This document shows, in pieces, positions 12,001 to 27,000 of a stretch of 64,000 nt of DNA. Within the stretch, counting starts at the first letter, position 1; every line of letters begins with the position of its first letter. The notes beneath the pieces were generated by a model. The model searched no databases. It saw only the letters and a program-made list of their open reading frames with translations, and was not told the DNA's origin. This DNA comes from Phallusia mammillata (lineage: Eukaryota), in contig OZ281494.1 in NCBI GenBank assembly GCA_965637545.1, positions 35,836,001 to 35,900,000 on the forward strand, written 5' to 3'. Position numbers and translations under genes: made by a program.

Positions 12001-15000
12001 CCTGCGAAAAGATTGGAATCTGTTTAGTTTGGAATAATCGTTAGCAGATATATATTTTTTGTAGTGAATATTTTGACCTGAGTCAGTATCTTACACTATT
12101 TGCAGGCAAAGCAAAACAAAAAAGCGCCTGCTAAAAGCTTTTCAAGTTTGATTAGTGCAACACTGGACGAATATAAAAGCATTAGGCCTATAAATGATTC
12201 GACACAAGGTCTCATCATATGACAAATTGTTGCAAATTTTTTGTATAACTTAACCAAATACGTTAAACTATGATCAAAAAACTCAACAGTATGTAAAGTA
12301 TACGCATTAAAACACTAAGGTTTTAATTATTTGAAAAATCAGTTATTCCAAATATACTCTTAACCAATCTCCAATATTAGTTGTAATGTAATTATTTCAA
12401 AGAAACACGACTGGGTATTGATTACAGTTGTCCCAAATTTACCCCACAAACCCCCAACATACATTATTTTCAACCAATCAAACTCGACTCGCCTGTAAAC
12501 ATAATTGACCAGTTCCAGGAACCCGGTGTGAAGTTCAGTCTGATCAGGAAATCTCTTCTCAATATTCATCAGTTTAATCAACAAATGAGATTTCTCCCGC
12601 AAAGATGGCGACTGGATGACGTCACCCGATGACGTAGGCTTCATCTGCAACAATAGATAAGAGGTAACTATGTCATCATCAGTAAGTATGACGTCACAAG
12701 CCACTTAATAATAATTTTTGTTACAAAATTTTGACGTTTGTTCTTTCAAGATAATCAGCCTGTTTTTACCCAACGTGATTTGGCGCAAAATTCAAACCGA
12801 CCAATCACCTTGAGCCACTCGTCCATGATACGGATGACCGCCTTCATGAGTTTCGAATCTGGTGATTTCTCGATGATTTGCACGAGTATGACGTTTATGA
12901 GAGTCTTTCGTGATTCTGTGCTCATTGTTGAAACCCGATTCTTCACCAACTCGAGACAAACCACGATCAGCTCACTCAAAACTGGAATGGATAAAAAGTT
13001 TGTTTGTAAGAAGAAAGATGGAAACAGGAACGCTTAACTTTTGTCATACAAGAATCAATGCAACAAAAAGTAACAACTTTCTATTGAATATTTTTTTCTT
13101 TTTCAAAACAGTATTAGCTTTAAGATTGTTTTTACATTCTTGTAAATAGATTCTGAAAATGATTTCCTACCAGTCTTCAAGCCACAAGCATACAAACGTA
13201 AGTTTTGGGTTAAATATTGGCACAATTAGTCTTGCTATGTTGGAAATGATTTTAATCACATTAAACCATACTTGGATTTGCTTCAGCAGGTTGCCCGGCT
13301 TGTTGATGAGGCTGCAGATGATCTTTCACGAGCTTGTGAAAAGCTTTGATGAATAGTCCGATCATATGATCGATATATGCGGGTGTGTGAGCGCAGCACG
13401 CTTTCAGGATCATCAGAGTTGAGAATAATCCGGCTGAAAACGGAAAATGTTGGTAATATGTTTGTGTGCATTAACATATAGATTCTCACAACAAATTACA
13501 CTGAAACTTACTAGCTGGTGGACTCGAGGTGGATTTTTCATAACTGCTTAACCCTTCAGTGATGGTTTTCCCCACAGCCGAATACAAAACCTCCAATTCA
13601 CGTTCCGCATCACTGAGCACACGTGCTCCGTCACGTGACGCCATGTCGTCACTAGATGTCGTTGTGGCAGTCGGAGGAAAAAAGCTGAAGAGACGAGCCA
13701 ACAATCCATGGACAGATCTCGTTACCTGGCAACAATAATACCCTCTGTGACGTCACTATGATTGGATATTACGTCATCATAACACCTGTTACGTCACAAT
13801 GAATCTTAACATGTCATTGAAGCATCGAGTAAAATTGCGGGATTTAAATCAACACAATGACGTCATATTTGTCACTGACCTTGACATTGGTAGAGGTCAT
13901 ACACGCAGCTATTCCTCGCTGTAGCGGTTTGAGGGTTGGGATAACAGTCAACTTTGGGATGAGGGAAAGAATGAGGTTTAGAAGATCGAGTGCAGTGCAG
14001 ATGTTGCCGATGTTTCCCTGCTAATATAAATGTGCAGTTTCGGTGCAGGGCACATACTGTTAGCGCCGATATATGTGTCTGGGGCGGTTTGCATGACATT
14101 CAACGTTTCAATACAAGATGCGCAATTGTCAGTTAACGAGTTTGCGACTGTTGATTCGGAAAATCACATACGGAAAAAAGCCATACTTCACAGACTTCGA
14201 TTAAGATACGAAAATGGTTGTTCCCTTCTTTATAGTATATCATGACGCAGAAAACATTATGTATAAGAAAAACATATTAGGTTTAAAAATACAAAGATTA
14301 AGTAAATTTAAAACAGAGGAATATGTCTGAGTGTTATGTCAGGCCCAACGTTTTCCTGAAAATTATGCCGGAACCTGACGCTGACCTGTGTTGTAACCTC
14401 ATTTTGCTGTTACTACACAGTCACCCGACACAAGCCCCCACTAACATAATAACATCTCCTCCCAATCTTACCCCTCCCTGTTGCGGGGGGTCGACAGCTT
14501 GAAGTAGTTTGTCCAACCACAGCAAGTGAAGTTCAGAGTTGGGCCACATTTCACTCTTCAGTCCTGTGTGCAAAAGCGCCACACAGCGGCGAGAAAGCTG
14601 CTCTCCAGCTGAACCTCCGCTCTCGTTAACCTGGAAATATCACATGATGATATCACAAGAAGATTTAACATAGTGAAAAATATCACATGATAAAATTGTG
14701 ATATTAAAAGGTGAAAAATATCACATGATGATATCACATCGTCAACACAATCACATGATTCTGACAGGAACATTACTATTGAAAAAGAATCCTAAATTTG
14801 AGTTAAGTTCAACAAAGGATTATGACATTTAGACGTTTAAGTACTTAGTGTAAGATGTTTTCATTTTATTTCAAGTACACCACATTTGTATTGTTTAATA
14901 CCTGACAAGTCATGCGTAACAGGAAATTGATGACGCTATCCGATTGTTTCTTGTCGATTCTCACGATGACACCACTAGAGTGCGATGGCGTCACTGCTGA

Positions 15001-18000
15001 TGACGTGGAGGTCTGTTGTTCCATTTTGATGCTCATCGCTCCAACTGGCTGAATGAGTCGCTTCACTGGAAGGGAAAGGTTTTGAAGTTAGCAGTGAGAT
15101 ATAGAGGCAGTAGTGGGATGCAGCCGGTTGTATAGAAACGTCTCACGAAATTTTATAAGATTAGCGAACCGGATAGCATTACTGGTTACTGTCAATGGAC
15201 TTTTTGTAACAAAACCGTCTGAAAAAATATGAATTTTGTGATAGAACCGGCTGACGAAAAATTTGAATTCCACCACTGGTTATAGGTGGCGAGATTTGAA
15301 ACAACAACCTCAGGAGTTTACCACATATGGCTCGCAGTCAAAACAAAACGTGTTGCTGCTGAATTGTAAAAGGTAAACCGCAAATCCTAGGTCAACTCGT
15401 ATTGAAAAAATTATTCATCAACACAACAAAATTGTCCTTTTGTACAAAACGTTTGCAAACACGTTTTGTTTCTTTGCTAAATAACTTTTTTCGAAATATC
15501 AAGGTCAGTGACCGCTTCTTTTATTGGTATTTGACAAAAACTATTTGTGTCCATAAAAATGCTTAGTCACCATCACTATTTGCTTTGTCATCCTCGTCGT
15601 CTTGAATTCTTCGTTTTTCCCATTTGATCAAAACATCGGCCACATCCACAGCTAATCTGCATCATAATTGTATCATTGTTATCAGCGCAAATGACAATTG
15701 TCGATTGTTTGCAACAATTAAATTTGAACCTTCTTTGTTCCATGTTTGTGTTTGGAGCGAATCCGAGTCTTTGCATTGATGCAACCATTTGTTGGATCAA
15801 GCCACCATTTACCGGGTAATACACCTAAAAAAAATTTAAATTATATGAAATGCTGCCCAATATTGTACAACATGAGTTAAACATCAGAAAACAAATGCCA
15901 GCGAAGTAGAATAAAAGAGTGAAATAAGGCACAAGCGAAAACGAGCGCGTTTTTACATGTGGAAAGGTAGGGGAGAAAACATCATTGCTGGCAATTTTGT
16001 TTTTAGTAAAGCTACTATTCAAGTGTGTGTCTTGTGTACCTAAGTTACACATCAGTTAATACAAATTTCAACACGTCGCGAAAAGTGTTTTGCATCTTCA
16101 ACTTTAACCGAACGTCAAATGTATAGTACACCGCCAAGCAAAAACTTGAAAGAAACCTCAAAACATATTTTAATGCTCTAACGTCGCAACAAATTATGCA
16201 AACGTTCATAAAGTTAGATAAAATATATGAAAAACTCTTAAATGAAACTGACAGACATGCAATTACTGAAAAATGACCTCCAGACCAACAAAATATCTGG
16301 ACTTAGAAGGTCTATTACATGTTTTAAGCACCGGCTGAACACATTGATGCATTCTATACGAACAAATTTCACACAAACCCTAATCCAACAATTAAATTGC
16401 CACAGTACCTAAATAAATATGGCAACCCGACCAACCTTATGGTGCCTGACAATGAGTTGCAGGACATGCATGAGTTGTGCGAGAGTGTGTCCTTCCTCTA
16501 CTATAATCTTCTTCGTCCAGTGAGTCAACATTTGGTTCCCATCCTCCATCCTGGCCGGCATTGCGGGAGTGAGAACATCAAGAGCTTGGCGCACAACGAC
16601 TCGCGCCTCTACTGCGTGAGCCTGAGTGAAAATAACAGTCCACTTTTAACTGAGTTTCTTCAATTACTGAATTTTCTATGGGTCTGCGAAATGTAGCACT
16701 TGAGAGGTAAGCTTACCATTGATACGCTCGGTACCACTCAGCATTTTTTTACAAACTTTATGTTGATAGTCAGCGGTGTTGGACAATACTTGCTTTTACT
16801 GCATAACACGGTGGTAAAAAACACTGAAGTGCGCGAATTTGTTACAGAAATCAACAAATCTGGGGCAAAATACAATACTTTTGATTTGGACCCATTTATC
16901 CGGTATTGCGATTTGGCGGATTCACAAAAGCATCTCAAGTAACCGGATTTCAATAAACCGTCTTATTCTATAACACCAATAAACTCATCTTTTACAATGA
17001 GGTGATTGCTTGACAATGTACGTCAGGGGTGGGCAACCTTTGTTACTGGAGGGCCAATTACAAATGTCAAAATTGGATCGAGGGCCGCACATGTGCATCA
17101 CACAAAGTGATTTTGCTTTGTTTCTTACCAAATATGCTGAACTACAAGTGTAATTCGTATTTGATTCCAGCGTCTCTGCGGGCCGCACATGCTTTAATAA
17201 AGGGTCGCATGTGGCCCGCGGGCCCCAGGTTGCCCACCCCTGATGTACGTTGTCTTTTTTCGAAAAGTAAAACAGCCATAGTCCTGATTCAAACCAAACC
17301 AGTTAGTCCAGCAAACAAAGTAAAACAGCGAACCTTAAGCAGCGAATAGAATGTCTGCAGGACGATCCTCTTGCGAATGGCGAACCTCGCAATGATGTGC
17401 GACAACAAGAGGTGACCGTGGTACTTTGAAGCAGGGTCAACGCAATTTCGGGGGAGGAGACACGGCCATGCGAACGTCATAATCCGACGTAACTTGTTGC
17501 CATGACGTTTGTTGGTTGGATCGTGAATGTGGGGGGAGGCCCGCTCGACGAGGAGAGAGAGAAATCGAAGAAGTTGGATTTGAACCGCGTCTGGGGCGGC
17601 GTAAGGTTTGTCCGGGTCGATAACTCTGGAAACACCAAAGGATACTGGTTCAAATCTCAACATAAACATACCACATACTAGAAAAGTGGCTTTCTAATAT
17701 ACTTCCATAATATATATTTTATATCCTTAATCACAAACATTACTGCCAAGGTAGTGGTGTATATAGAATACATCGTTCAGACGTTTCGACAATCTCTGTT
17801 GTCATCATCAGTGCATGTTTTCAATCAAGCTGTAGAACACGTTATATAAAGCACCCTAACCCTAACCCTAACCCTAACCCTAACAATTTTAGTATAAGGT
17901 AACCGACAAAAGACATTACATTCGAGACGGCTTCTTCAAGGTATTAACATACTGCGAAACATCGTTTTCATCAGATACAAAACAGTGATAAACGCGATTG

Positions 18001-21000
18001 TTCAGTTGCTGACTGGCACCAAAGCAATGATAAAACTTCAGTCCACCGGTTAAAATGCGACAGATATTTAAGCATTAAAAGGACCGTGGTAAGGACGTCC
18101 AGCAGATGTTGTTGAATTTCTGAGATTCAAAATCATCGTTTTTTCTGATTGATTTCTGGGTCCCCACACGCGTGTTTGTGCGGATTTATGGCATACAAAT
18201 GTTCCGGTTATGTTTAGATTCCGAAGAAATTTTTTTAAAAGCATTAACCAGACGGTAAAAGTTTTGTCCGTATTCTTTTTGCAATATTATGTTTAGAAAA
18301 ACAGTTGGTGACGGTTTTTGCAAAATCTTTTTAGGTGACAAAACAATAACGTACCACCAAAATATTACATTAAAACAACTAACAACTACCATTTGCCTAC
18401 AAATCGCCATGAAAAGGAAATGCATAGTTCACCTGTTTATAAATAAACTGATGCAATCGTTGGGACTGTCCGTATCCGGATTAGGGGGTCCCCCTATCAG
18501 TAGTTCCCCTTCCCCGCTGTCGAAAGCTCGTTTGAAAATCGGGATTAGAATATATTGGATCGACAACGCTTTCAAGTCGGACGGGAAAGTAGACTCGTGG
18601 TAGAGCTCAACGAACTTGAAAAATATCTGTCAAAAAAGACGCGAAGGTTGCAGGTTTAAATCCCGGTCGTGGTGAAATGCTGAAATGAAAGTTTTCTGTA
18701 TTTGTTTTGACTTACGCTTCTTTTTTGCTGGATCGTGTACTTTGTCGGCACGTGCTCGTCGAACCAGGACCTCAGGAACTGGAAGTCGGCCAGGTTTCGA
18801 GTCGCAAAAGCCCGCAGAAGTTGAAACTGAAGCCCAACGTCCGCCGGGTTGTTGGCCGCATACTTCAACAAACATTTGCAAAGCAGACGAGATTCGTCAA
18901 ATCGGGTAGTCAAGCTTGTTTCTGGACAAAATATATTTAATAAAATCAAACCGCCACGTGGTGACCACTTAGCCTAAATATAAAGTCTAGCAGTTGGACT
19001 CGAGCGTCTACTTGACAAGAAATATACAAGTTCTGTCCTTTCGGGGCAAAAATAAAATTTTTAGATGAAGTTCGAAAGTCGAATATTTGACGGAGTGTTT
19101 TTTTAATAAACAGTTCACAGTAAAGGAAGTTTAAAATACACGTAAAAACAGTAGTCTCAAAATAAATTTCTATAGCTTTTGGGGCAAATACGCTGAAAAC
19201 CAGAAAAAGTGTTTCCCGTAACAAACCTTTCTCGTGTTTGAGGTGAAAGCCTGGGCTGATCCAAATCTCATGTAGTTTGGTGACCAGCTGCATATTTTGT
19301 GTAAGAAACACTGCGTTGTGTTTGGCCAAGATCCATGTGATCTAAATTAAAATCGTTAACGTTAACTTGAAAATCCTTATTCAAATAGAATCAATAAACA
19401 AGTGTTTAATGAATATAAAGATGATACTTAGTCAGTGTTATTCACGGAAACCCCATCAAAATACACTTGATGGCAACTTTAAACTAACTTTTCCGAACAG
19501 ATTAATGCAAAGCTATTATATGCAAATAGCCAGTAAGTTCATCTTTTATTCCTTACTCAAACAGAATCAGCACTGGAAAGGAATATGTTAGATAGGACTT
19601 AAATATGACATGGCTATCTCTTGGTCTACCCATTTAAACAGGGTGTAGGTGGTACGCGATTAGTTTCAGGTTGAGAACCACTGCTTTAGCACGTTCCAAT
19701 GCCAACAATAAATGTTGATGACAACAAACTTTTACAACAACAAACTCACCAGAATCCCGAGATATTGAAACTCCGCGAGTTGCGAGTTGGTGGAAACGAG
19801 TTCCGATCTTTGCCCAAAACACAGAGTCATTATTCTCGCTGTTTTCTTTTCCATTCGATCTCGGAGGACTTCACCGTTCTTGTCGTCTCTCTTCAGGAAC
19901 GCGATCTGCAATAAAGTCGATAAATTAAGCTGGGAATAGAACAAAAAACAGTTAACGGTCGACGATAAACATGATTTGATTAAGTTTAAATGAGAAAAGA
20001 AAGCAATAACATAAAAGAACTGCGCAATCCATTTGTCTGTTCCAAAAGCTCTGACCTTTTTTTTAAATTTTACACTCACAAACTTTAAAGATACAGTGGC
20101 TGAGTTTACAACTATTCACACAAAAATGTTTTTAGTTATTACCTAATCAAGTTATTGTTTGTTTAAACACACTTCACATCCATATTCCATGCATACAATA
20201 AAAAAAAAACAATAAACCATCCCAACAATTTGTTTTTATATCATAGTACGCCAGACCTAATGAAGGCGTTATAACGAATCAACCGGTCACCTAACGTTCA
20301 CCATATGCAAGGCATAGGCGAACAAATCAGCAAATCTAGCTGCAAAACAGTGTATTACGAGAACAGTTATTCTTTTTTTGATAAAAACATTACGTCCATA
20401 TTTTAGGTGTACAAAAAAAAAGAATACCGTTCCAGTGATTTCCATGTTACATTAAGTATATTAGTGATTTGAACAAAGTCTTGTGGAAGAAAACATCTCG
20501 TCTCACCAGCATCCTGTTCCAGTGTCGATCCGCTGCGTGCTGCTCATGGAGGAAGATGTTAAGAGCAGCATCCGGATGTTTAGTGAGGAAGCACAGGAGA
20601 GGTTTACGAAGAGGACTTCCCACTTCCAGCATCAAACCAGTCTCTGTCTTCACTGTAAGAGCGATCAGCGGCTGGATGAGAGTCTGAAAATATTTTTTGA
20701 AACACTGTTCAGTAATCGAGAAAAACTGTTGGTTGCTTGACATTTGTTGAGAACTACTAATCCATTGTTATTTCAATTGCCGGCTAAATAAGAAGAAAGT
20801 TTACAATCAATTGGTTTGCGTCCACTAGCAATAAAACAACCACATGTTATCTTTGTTTAATGGTAGTTTAGTTCTAAGTTAAAGGTTTCCAAGTCCGTGC
20901 CTTGTGAAGCTAAATACTAATATCTTTTCTAGAATTGATACTAAATGCGGCTTTGGAAAAGAAGGTTGAAATAACAAGTTTTAAGAACTTTCAGAGACTT

Positions 21001-24000
21001 GTTATACACTGTAACATGTAGCTTGTAACAATTTTGGTAAGAATTTGTGGCCGAACCGCCATCTTTGCAGCAAACCTTTCACCACAAAACGCGATTCATT
21101 CAACAAACAGTGCAAGTTATAATTAGAATCCCGCCAACAACCGATAAAACGCGGAATGCGGCAAACATTCAACGAAAAATTCTCGTCCAATCGCCTGAGG
21201 GCAAGTCACGAACTTCACTCACTTGCGGCGCCAGAGGGATGAGATGAAATATTTCCAAGATGGCGGCGCAAAGTTTCAACTCCTTCGAAACGTCAACCTT
21301 GGAATCCGACTGCTGTCCTGTAGGTCCGGATGCAGCGGGCGCGAGAGGCGATTGTGACGTAACATGCTTGTGGAGCGCGGCCTCTAACCATTTGTTGAGA
21401 TGGGCGAAAAGTTGCTCGCATAATTTCTCATTGAAAGTGTTCGGGAAGAGGCGCGACAGCGACGCCAAGTGGTGGACCACGCTCAATGTCAGGTTCCTAG
21501 GGCGGAAACGTAAAAGTACATCATCAACGTTGGTTTAGAACTTGAGGAAGATTACCAGTCAGCTTTTACTCAAAACTTTACTCGAATTCACCCATGTAGC
21601 AACCAATATAATTAAATTGACCCAAAATGCACCCCTTGGATAAAACCAGATAATTCAGGGATCTACATGTAACCTCAATTGACCCAAATCCTGACACCCA
21701 TTGCCTCAATTCACCCACACCAGAGTTGTATGCAAGCTTGAAATTGGAGCCCGAATCGTTTTTGAGAAACCCGTTTAGGCCTCAAAGTTTGATTGACATG
21801 TCTATACATTGAAGTCTCAGGAAAGACCAAGACAACAAACACAATAGACAATTGGTCTCGAAGGCGTTTTAGGGCTGGTTGACACCAAGCCAGGTCTAGC
21901 AGCTGGCTACTTAGCTAGTAAAAATTTATCCAATAACATTCCGACACAGAGTGTAAAGTCAGGCCCGAATCAATTTTTTTAACAAACTTAAGCCCGAACC
22001 CGGCCCGACTTGTAACTCTAACCCAAATATTACCCAACCCTTATACCCACCTATAATCCCCCATCTTGAGAAGTGTGGGTCGCATAGCGTTATGTACAAC
22101 ATCCGTTTCAATGGGTTTCCCCTCAGATTCAGTTCCCTTCAGAAATTGACTGATGCATTCTTCAGCAGTTGACATCAACTCGTGGCTCTCGGATCCGAGT
22201 TGTTTGAACAAAACATTGATCAACTTTTCCTTTACCTGTACAAAGTAGAGTGGGTGAAATAAAATGTAATGGAGAAGCCAGGCTGTAAGTTGAAAACCAA
22301 CTAACGAAGCTGGCCTGATGAAAACATTTTGGGGGGGGGGATTGAAGTTACGGACAACCATAAAAATCTTTTAGTAAACTTGAATCAGTGTGTATTTTTC
22401 GTTTGGACAATTTGCTGTAGTTGTTGAATCAAGGGTTGTGATAATTTATTATCCTTTTATTCCTTTCAATCATTCTATAACCTGATAACTTATGTTAAAT
22501 TTCTTGTTTTAGGACTAAAGATGTTATTATAGAGACAAAATCAATGTAACATAAATTATTAGTTCAACTACAGTTCGCATGACTCACAATGGTCTTTTTA
22601 ACTCAATTCTAAGAACTAAACCATTGTTTGAGGGTAACGCTTTTTGGGTGTGATGTAACAATTGCAAAGTTTAATCAGCTTTCCAGGCAACCGGTCAAAA
22701 GTGAACTTTGCTGTGCAGAAACTTAAAGCAGCTAAGCGTGGTTTCATCACTATTAACTTGATTAAGTTAACCACTCTCCCAGTCCTGAGCAGATTATGTG
22801 GCGATGAGCTTAAATAATTAATGTCTTTCAGTTCCACAAAACTTGGCTTCTGCTTTTCTACTCATGCAGTTCAATAGAGCATGAAAATGTTACTAAGTAA
22901 GTGTGTGGCGTGAGTTATATTGTTACATAACTTCCCTGTTTTAAGGAAATGTTTTATGTAAGACAAAGGGAGAAAGCCACCTATGCACATAGTTTCAGCA
23001 AAAACAAAAACAATCAATAAGGATTACTTAAACCTTATGGTTCGTATTGTTCGAAAACACACACCGTGAAACAGCAAGCCGTGTTCATGATAAAGGAAAT
23101 GAAACTTAATGAATGGCGTGAAAAAATCGGGATAACCCCTTTGAAATAACCGATGGGAAACATATTTAAAACCATCAAATATGTTTAGATTTGCCTCTAA
23201 ATTTCCAAACCCCACACAAAGTCAAAAATTTGAGGCAAGTTTGGAATAAAAACTTAATCACAATTGCAAAATAGAAACTCCCTGGTCATTTTGTGTAAAA
23301 ATCTAAAGATTAAAAACACTTTTGTTTGGGGTTAATTTGCTTTTATCCGTTGGCGAAAGAAAGGCCATCCAAAGTTAAAAACAAGAAATGCTACCTTTGT
23401 GAGGGTCAGTAATTCATATTGAGTAAGATTAACGGTTCGCTTACCTGTGGAATATAGTAGAGCACCGATAAAGCTTTCATTGCGCTGATTTTAAGTGGAA
23501 TTAGGCTGGAAACACTTTTGTAGCAAGCTAACTTTCTCAACGCAGTGTCGTCTGCTTCACAGATGTTGAACAGTTCGGTGAAAAACACCTAAAACAAAAT
23601 CAATGCCAGTTACGAATGTTTACACTGAAAAGTTGAATAGGGTGCAGTTGACAAGTTTAGTCAAATTTTATTTCCCATTTTAAGGCTCGACTTTTGACTT
23701 TTGAATTTGTGTTTTTGGTTCAAATTTGCTAATCTAATACACCAGTGGTTGGTAGGCAGACGAGCCACTGAGTAAATTCGGTTTGAAAATAACATCTACA
23801 TATTATAGCTTGAACTGTCATTTGTTTAAAAGTATTTAGTAAGTTATTTCTGAGGAAAATAATTGACAACAATTAGTTAGCAACCACACCAATTTGTTTT
23901 ACACAAACCAACTAATCTGCTAATAGTTTTTAAAACTCTGAGGGAAACATAACTGTGTTTCACTGAGTTTCTTTACAAAAACTCACAACAGTGCTTCCCT

Positions 24001-27000
24001 TTATAAAAACTGACCTTATGTTCCTTGATAGCGAGGTCGAGTGTGAACAACCTCGGTCGTAGAGAGTTGCAGAAAGTATTTCCATCCATCAACCCGATCT
24101 GGGTATTCACCGGTTGATGACGTAACAAGTGCTTACGTGGCGGGATCATATCGGCAAGTACGTCACGGTGTGGCGTCATAATAGCGGCTACTGTGAGTCC
24201 CGATGTTTCGGCGAGTGTGTGAAGCGAACTGACCGCCTGAAACAAAGGTTCGTGAATGGTCATGTGATGTATGAAGTGTTTGTCATATGATAAGTGAGGG
24301 GTTTGTAACTGATCATATGATAAGTGAGGAGTTTGTACCTGATCATATGATATGTAAGAAAACGGATTGTGAGGAATGGGAACGGTTTGTGATTAAAATA
24401 TGTGGTGTTTTTTCACATGTGATTGCGTCGTGATATCCCTTGAGGTTACACGAATATATACTACTATATGATAATGCAAAGGGAATATTTCCACTATGAT
24501 TGTAACGTTCCTTTAAGCTTAAATGCAAAAAGCGACGCAGTTAAACAACTAGTTAAAGTTTTAGCCTGGATAAACATGGACGAGATGGGATTTGAACCAG
24601 CGATTTCGGATTTATCCCACATAATAAAATTCAAACCAGTCAAATATAAAAGTGTTCTCGAGACAAAAATATAAATCACCATCAGATCTAATCACCATGG
24701 CAACACTCACCTGTTCACGCACGAGTTGATTCGGTGACGTCACTTCTCTGACGAGTTCATGCATGACACGGTTGAACGATGTTTTCTGGAGCGTGACGAC
24801 CGCTTCGTCTTTTGCGAGATCGGGAGGCAGGGGGGTCGCGCATTTCACAAGTAATTCCTGAAACGATGAAGTACAAGGTTATTGAGGTTCAGGTAAGGGG
24901 AAGAATAAGTAATGGAGTAAAATGCAATTAAATATTCAGTTCTCGGCAGGCTGAGAGAAACGAGTATTATGATTTTAGGTTGCAGAAAAATTTAGGTGAT
25001 TTTGTTTGCCCATCTCAAAAAAATGCATAACTGATATATAGTTTTTTGACTCAAGATCTTTTCCATCAAATCTTTTAATTTTCATTTTTCCGCGAGCAGT
25101 AGGAGTTTCTATTGACGGTGGCGTAGTTTTCCCGCGCTTTTTTTTACTCACCTTGAGAATGTTCTTGGCAAGGTCAACCGCCCCGCTCGACACTTCATTA
25201 GTCAGATCCATCATGACGAAGAAAAGCGCGCGAAGGAACACGTATTGTTGTTCCAAAACCCACCGGACCGGCATCTGGCGGGAAAAAAGAGATACACGTG
25301 GTCAGTTTCCCGCCAAAACACGATTCCAGAATACCACGCCTTTGTTAGTCATCGGGTGCGCGGTTTCAAGAGCTGAATGGCTTTGGTTGTTTGCTTTATT
25401 TTTTACACGTGTGCGAAGACGGATGTGGTTCTCTATTGAAACTTAACTAAGATTTTTGTGATGAAAATTCAAACAACATGTACCAGAAATTATTGAAAAA
25501 ATTAAGAAATACAAAAACGCAACTAATGTTAAATATATACCTTATTCTAAATATTTTTTGTTTTCCACTACGAACCACCAAAAGCAAAACAGAAGCATCA
25601 TAAAGTCCTAATTGTGCGCGAATCTAAAAATGGCGACACCTTTGGTTAAGAACGTGTAAAAAACTCCTCAAGTGTCAAATTTTTTTAAAACTATGAAAAA
25701 CCGGGTTTGCTTCAAACTTAAGGGGGCTAATACTAGATATCATCAGAAAATGTAGCAACTTTTGTGGCTTTCTGTCGAGTTTGAAGCATTACTGAGGTTT
25801 TTAAACATTTCAGTGAAACAAATTTCATATCTCACCGTTTTCATGAGATATTCGATAGCGCTACATCCTCCGTACTTCGAGTACCAAGCTCTGTCGTAAC
25901 AACAAGCACACATACGCTCCGCTAGGTGGGAGAAGAGAGGCAGGTTTGCAGCACGCTCGTTGGATCCAAGCACGGCTCCTACGCACAAAAGTAATAGCAC
26001 GTGGTTAACATACGGGGATTTGCATACATCTGTTTGTCATCATCACAACCGAAAACTTCTGAACATAACTCAGACTAGAAACGACATCAACTTAAAAACT
26101 ACGTATATAGGTGGTGAATGCTTGGTGATCGGCCGATTCGGCATAACGCCTTCAATGGGCCCGGGGTATCATGATTACGCACATAGTTGTTGGAAAATAC
26201 TTATAAGTCGTGAAGTGTCGTAGCAATCAAAAACTTTAAGTGTTAAATGCAAAACGCGGAAATTAAATTTAATTATTGGAATCAGCAGGATTTGAACCCG
26301 CGACCACTGGTTTCCGCCCAGCAAAACTTTGCAAAACAACTTTAAACCACTATAGGTTTGAACTGGTACATGAACGTTGGCTGAAACACTGTTGTAAGAA
26401 ATGTGGGTTCAAATCCACTAGGTGTCGCCCCGCGCAACACGTGGTGTTTACTTTCTTGTCTGTGCGGGGGCGAGTTGGTTTCAAGCAAAACATGTTTCGG
26501 CGAGATTGTGCTTGAATTTGTGTTTAAAAGACACGAGGTTCGTGTTGCAAATTTAACGACAAAATACATATGGATGCCGAACTGTACATTTTTAACCGTT
26601 AAAAATGTGTTGTTATTTTCAACCACGTAGCTCACACAAGCTACAACTGGCGCATTTGCCCTTTTGTAGCTGATATTTCAGATTTTACAACAACACTTTA
26701 TTAACCAGCACTCAACTAAATCACAAAAAAATACGAAAATGTTACCAGCAAATGGAACTTTAAGGAGTCCACCTTTACATGTGCACAATGTAATTGAGAT
26801 GATGTGAAGTCAAACTTAAAATGAAGGACAAGAAAAAAACTCATTTTAAGCTTAAAAATAAATTTAAAACTTTTCTTTTGTTGCCCAATAATATTTTTTT
26901 GAAAAAAATTAACTTTCTGATCAGAAAATTAAGGAAACTTTAATGATAAGTTTCTCGGTTGGTTTACAGTTAACAAACCTTCCATGCTCCCTTAGCTTGT

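Larger units (their letters stand above)
17676..18330 (-). mobile_element. Interspersed repeat (possibly non-autonomous Helitron-like) interrupted by hammerhead and telomeric insert; paired with 29211-29460
   Basis: Both loci share actagaaaagtggctttct(a/g)atatacttccat and gggtccccacacgcg...gcggattta; the minus strand ends in a short hairpin plus CTAG. The family assignment is inference. Confidence 0.5.

Noticed and set aside
12195-12225. Possible fourth minus-strand hammerhead relic (ATGATGA GACC TTGTGTC GAATC)
   Set aside because: Too degenerate, with no stem I or family leader.
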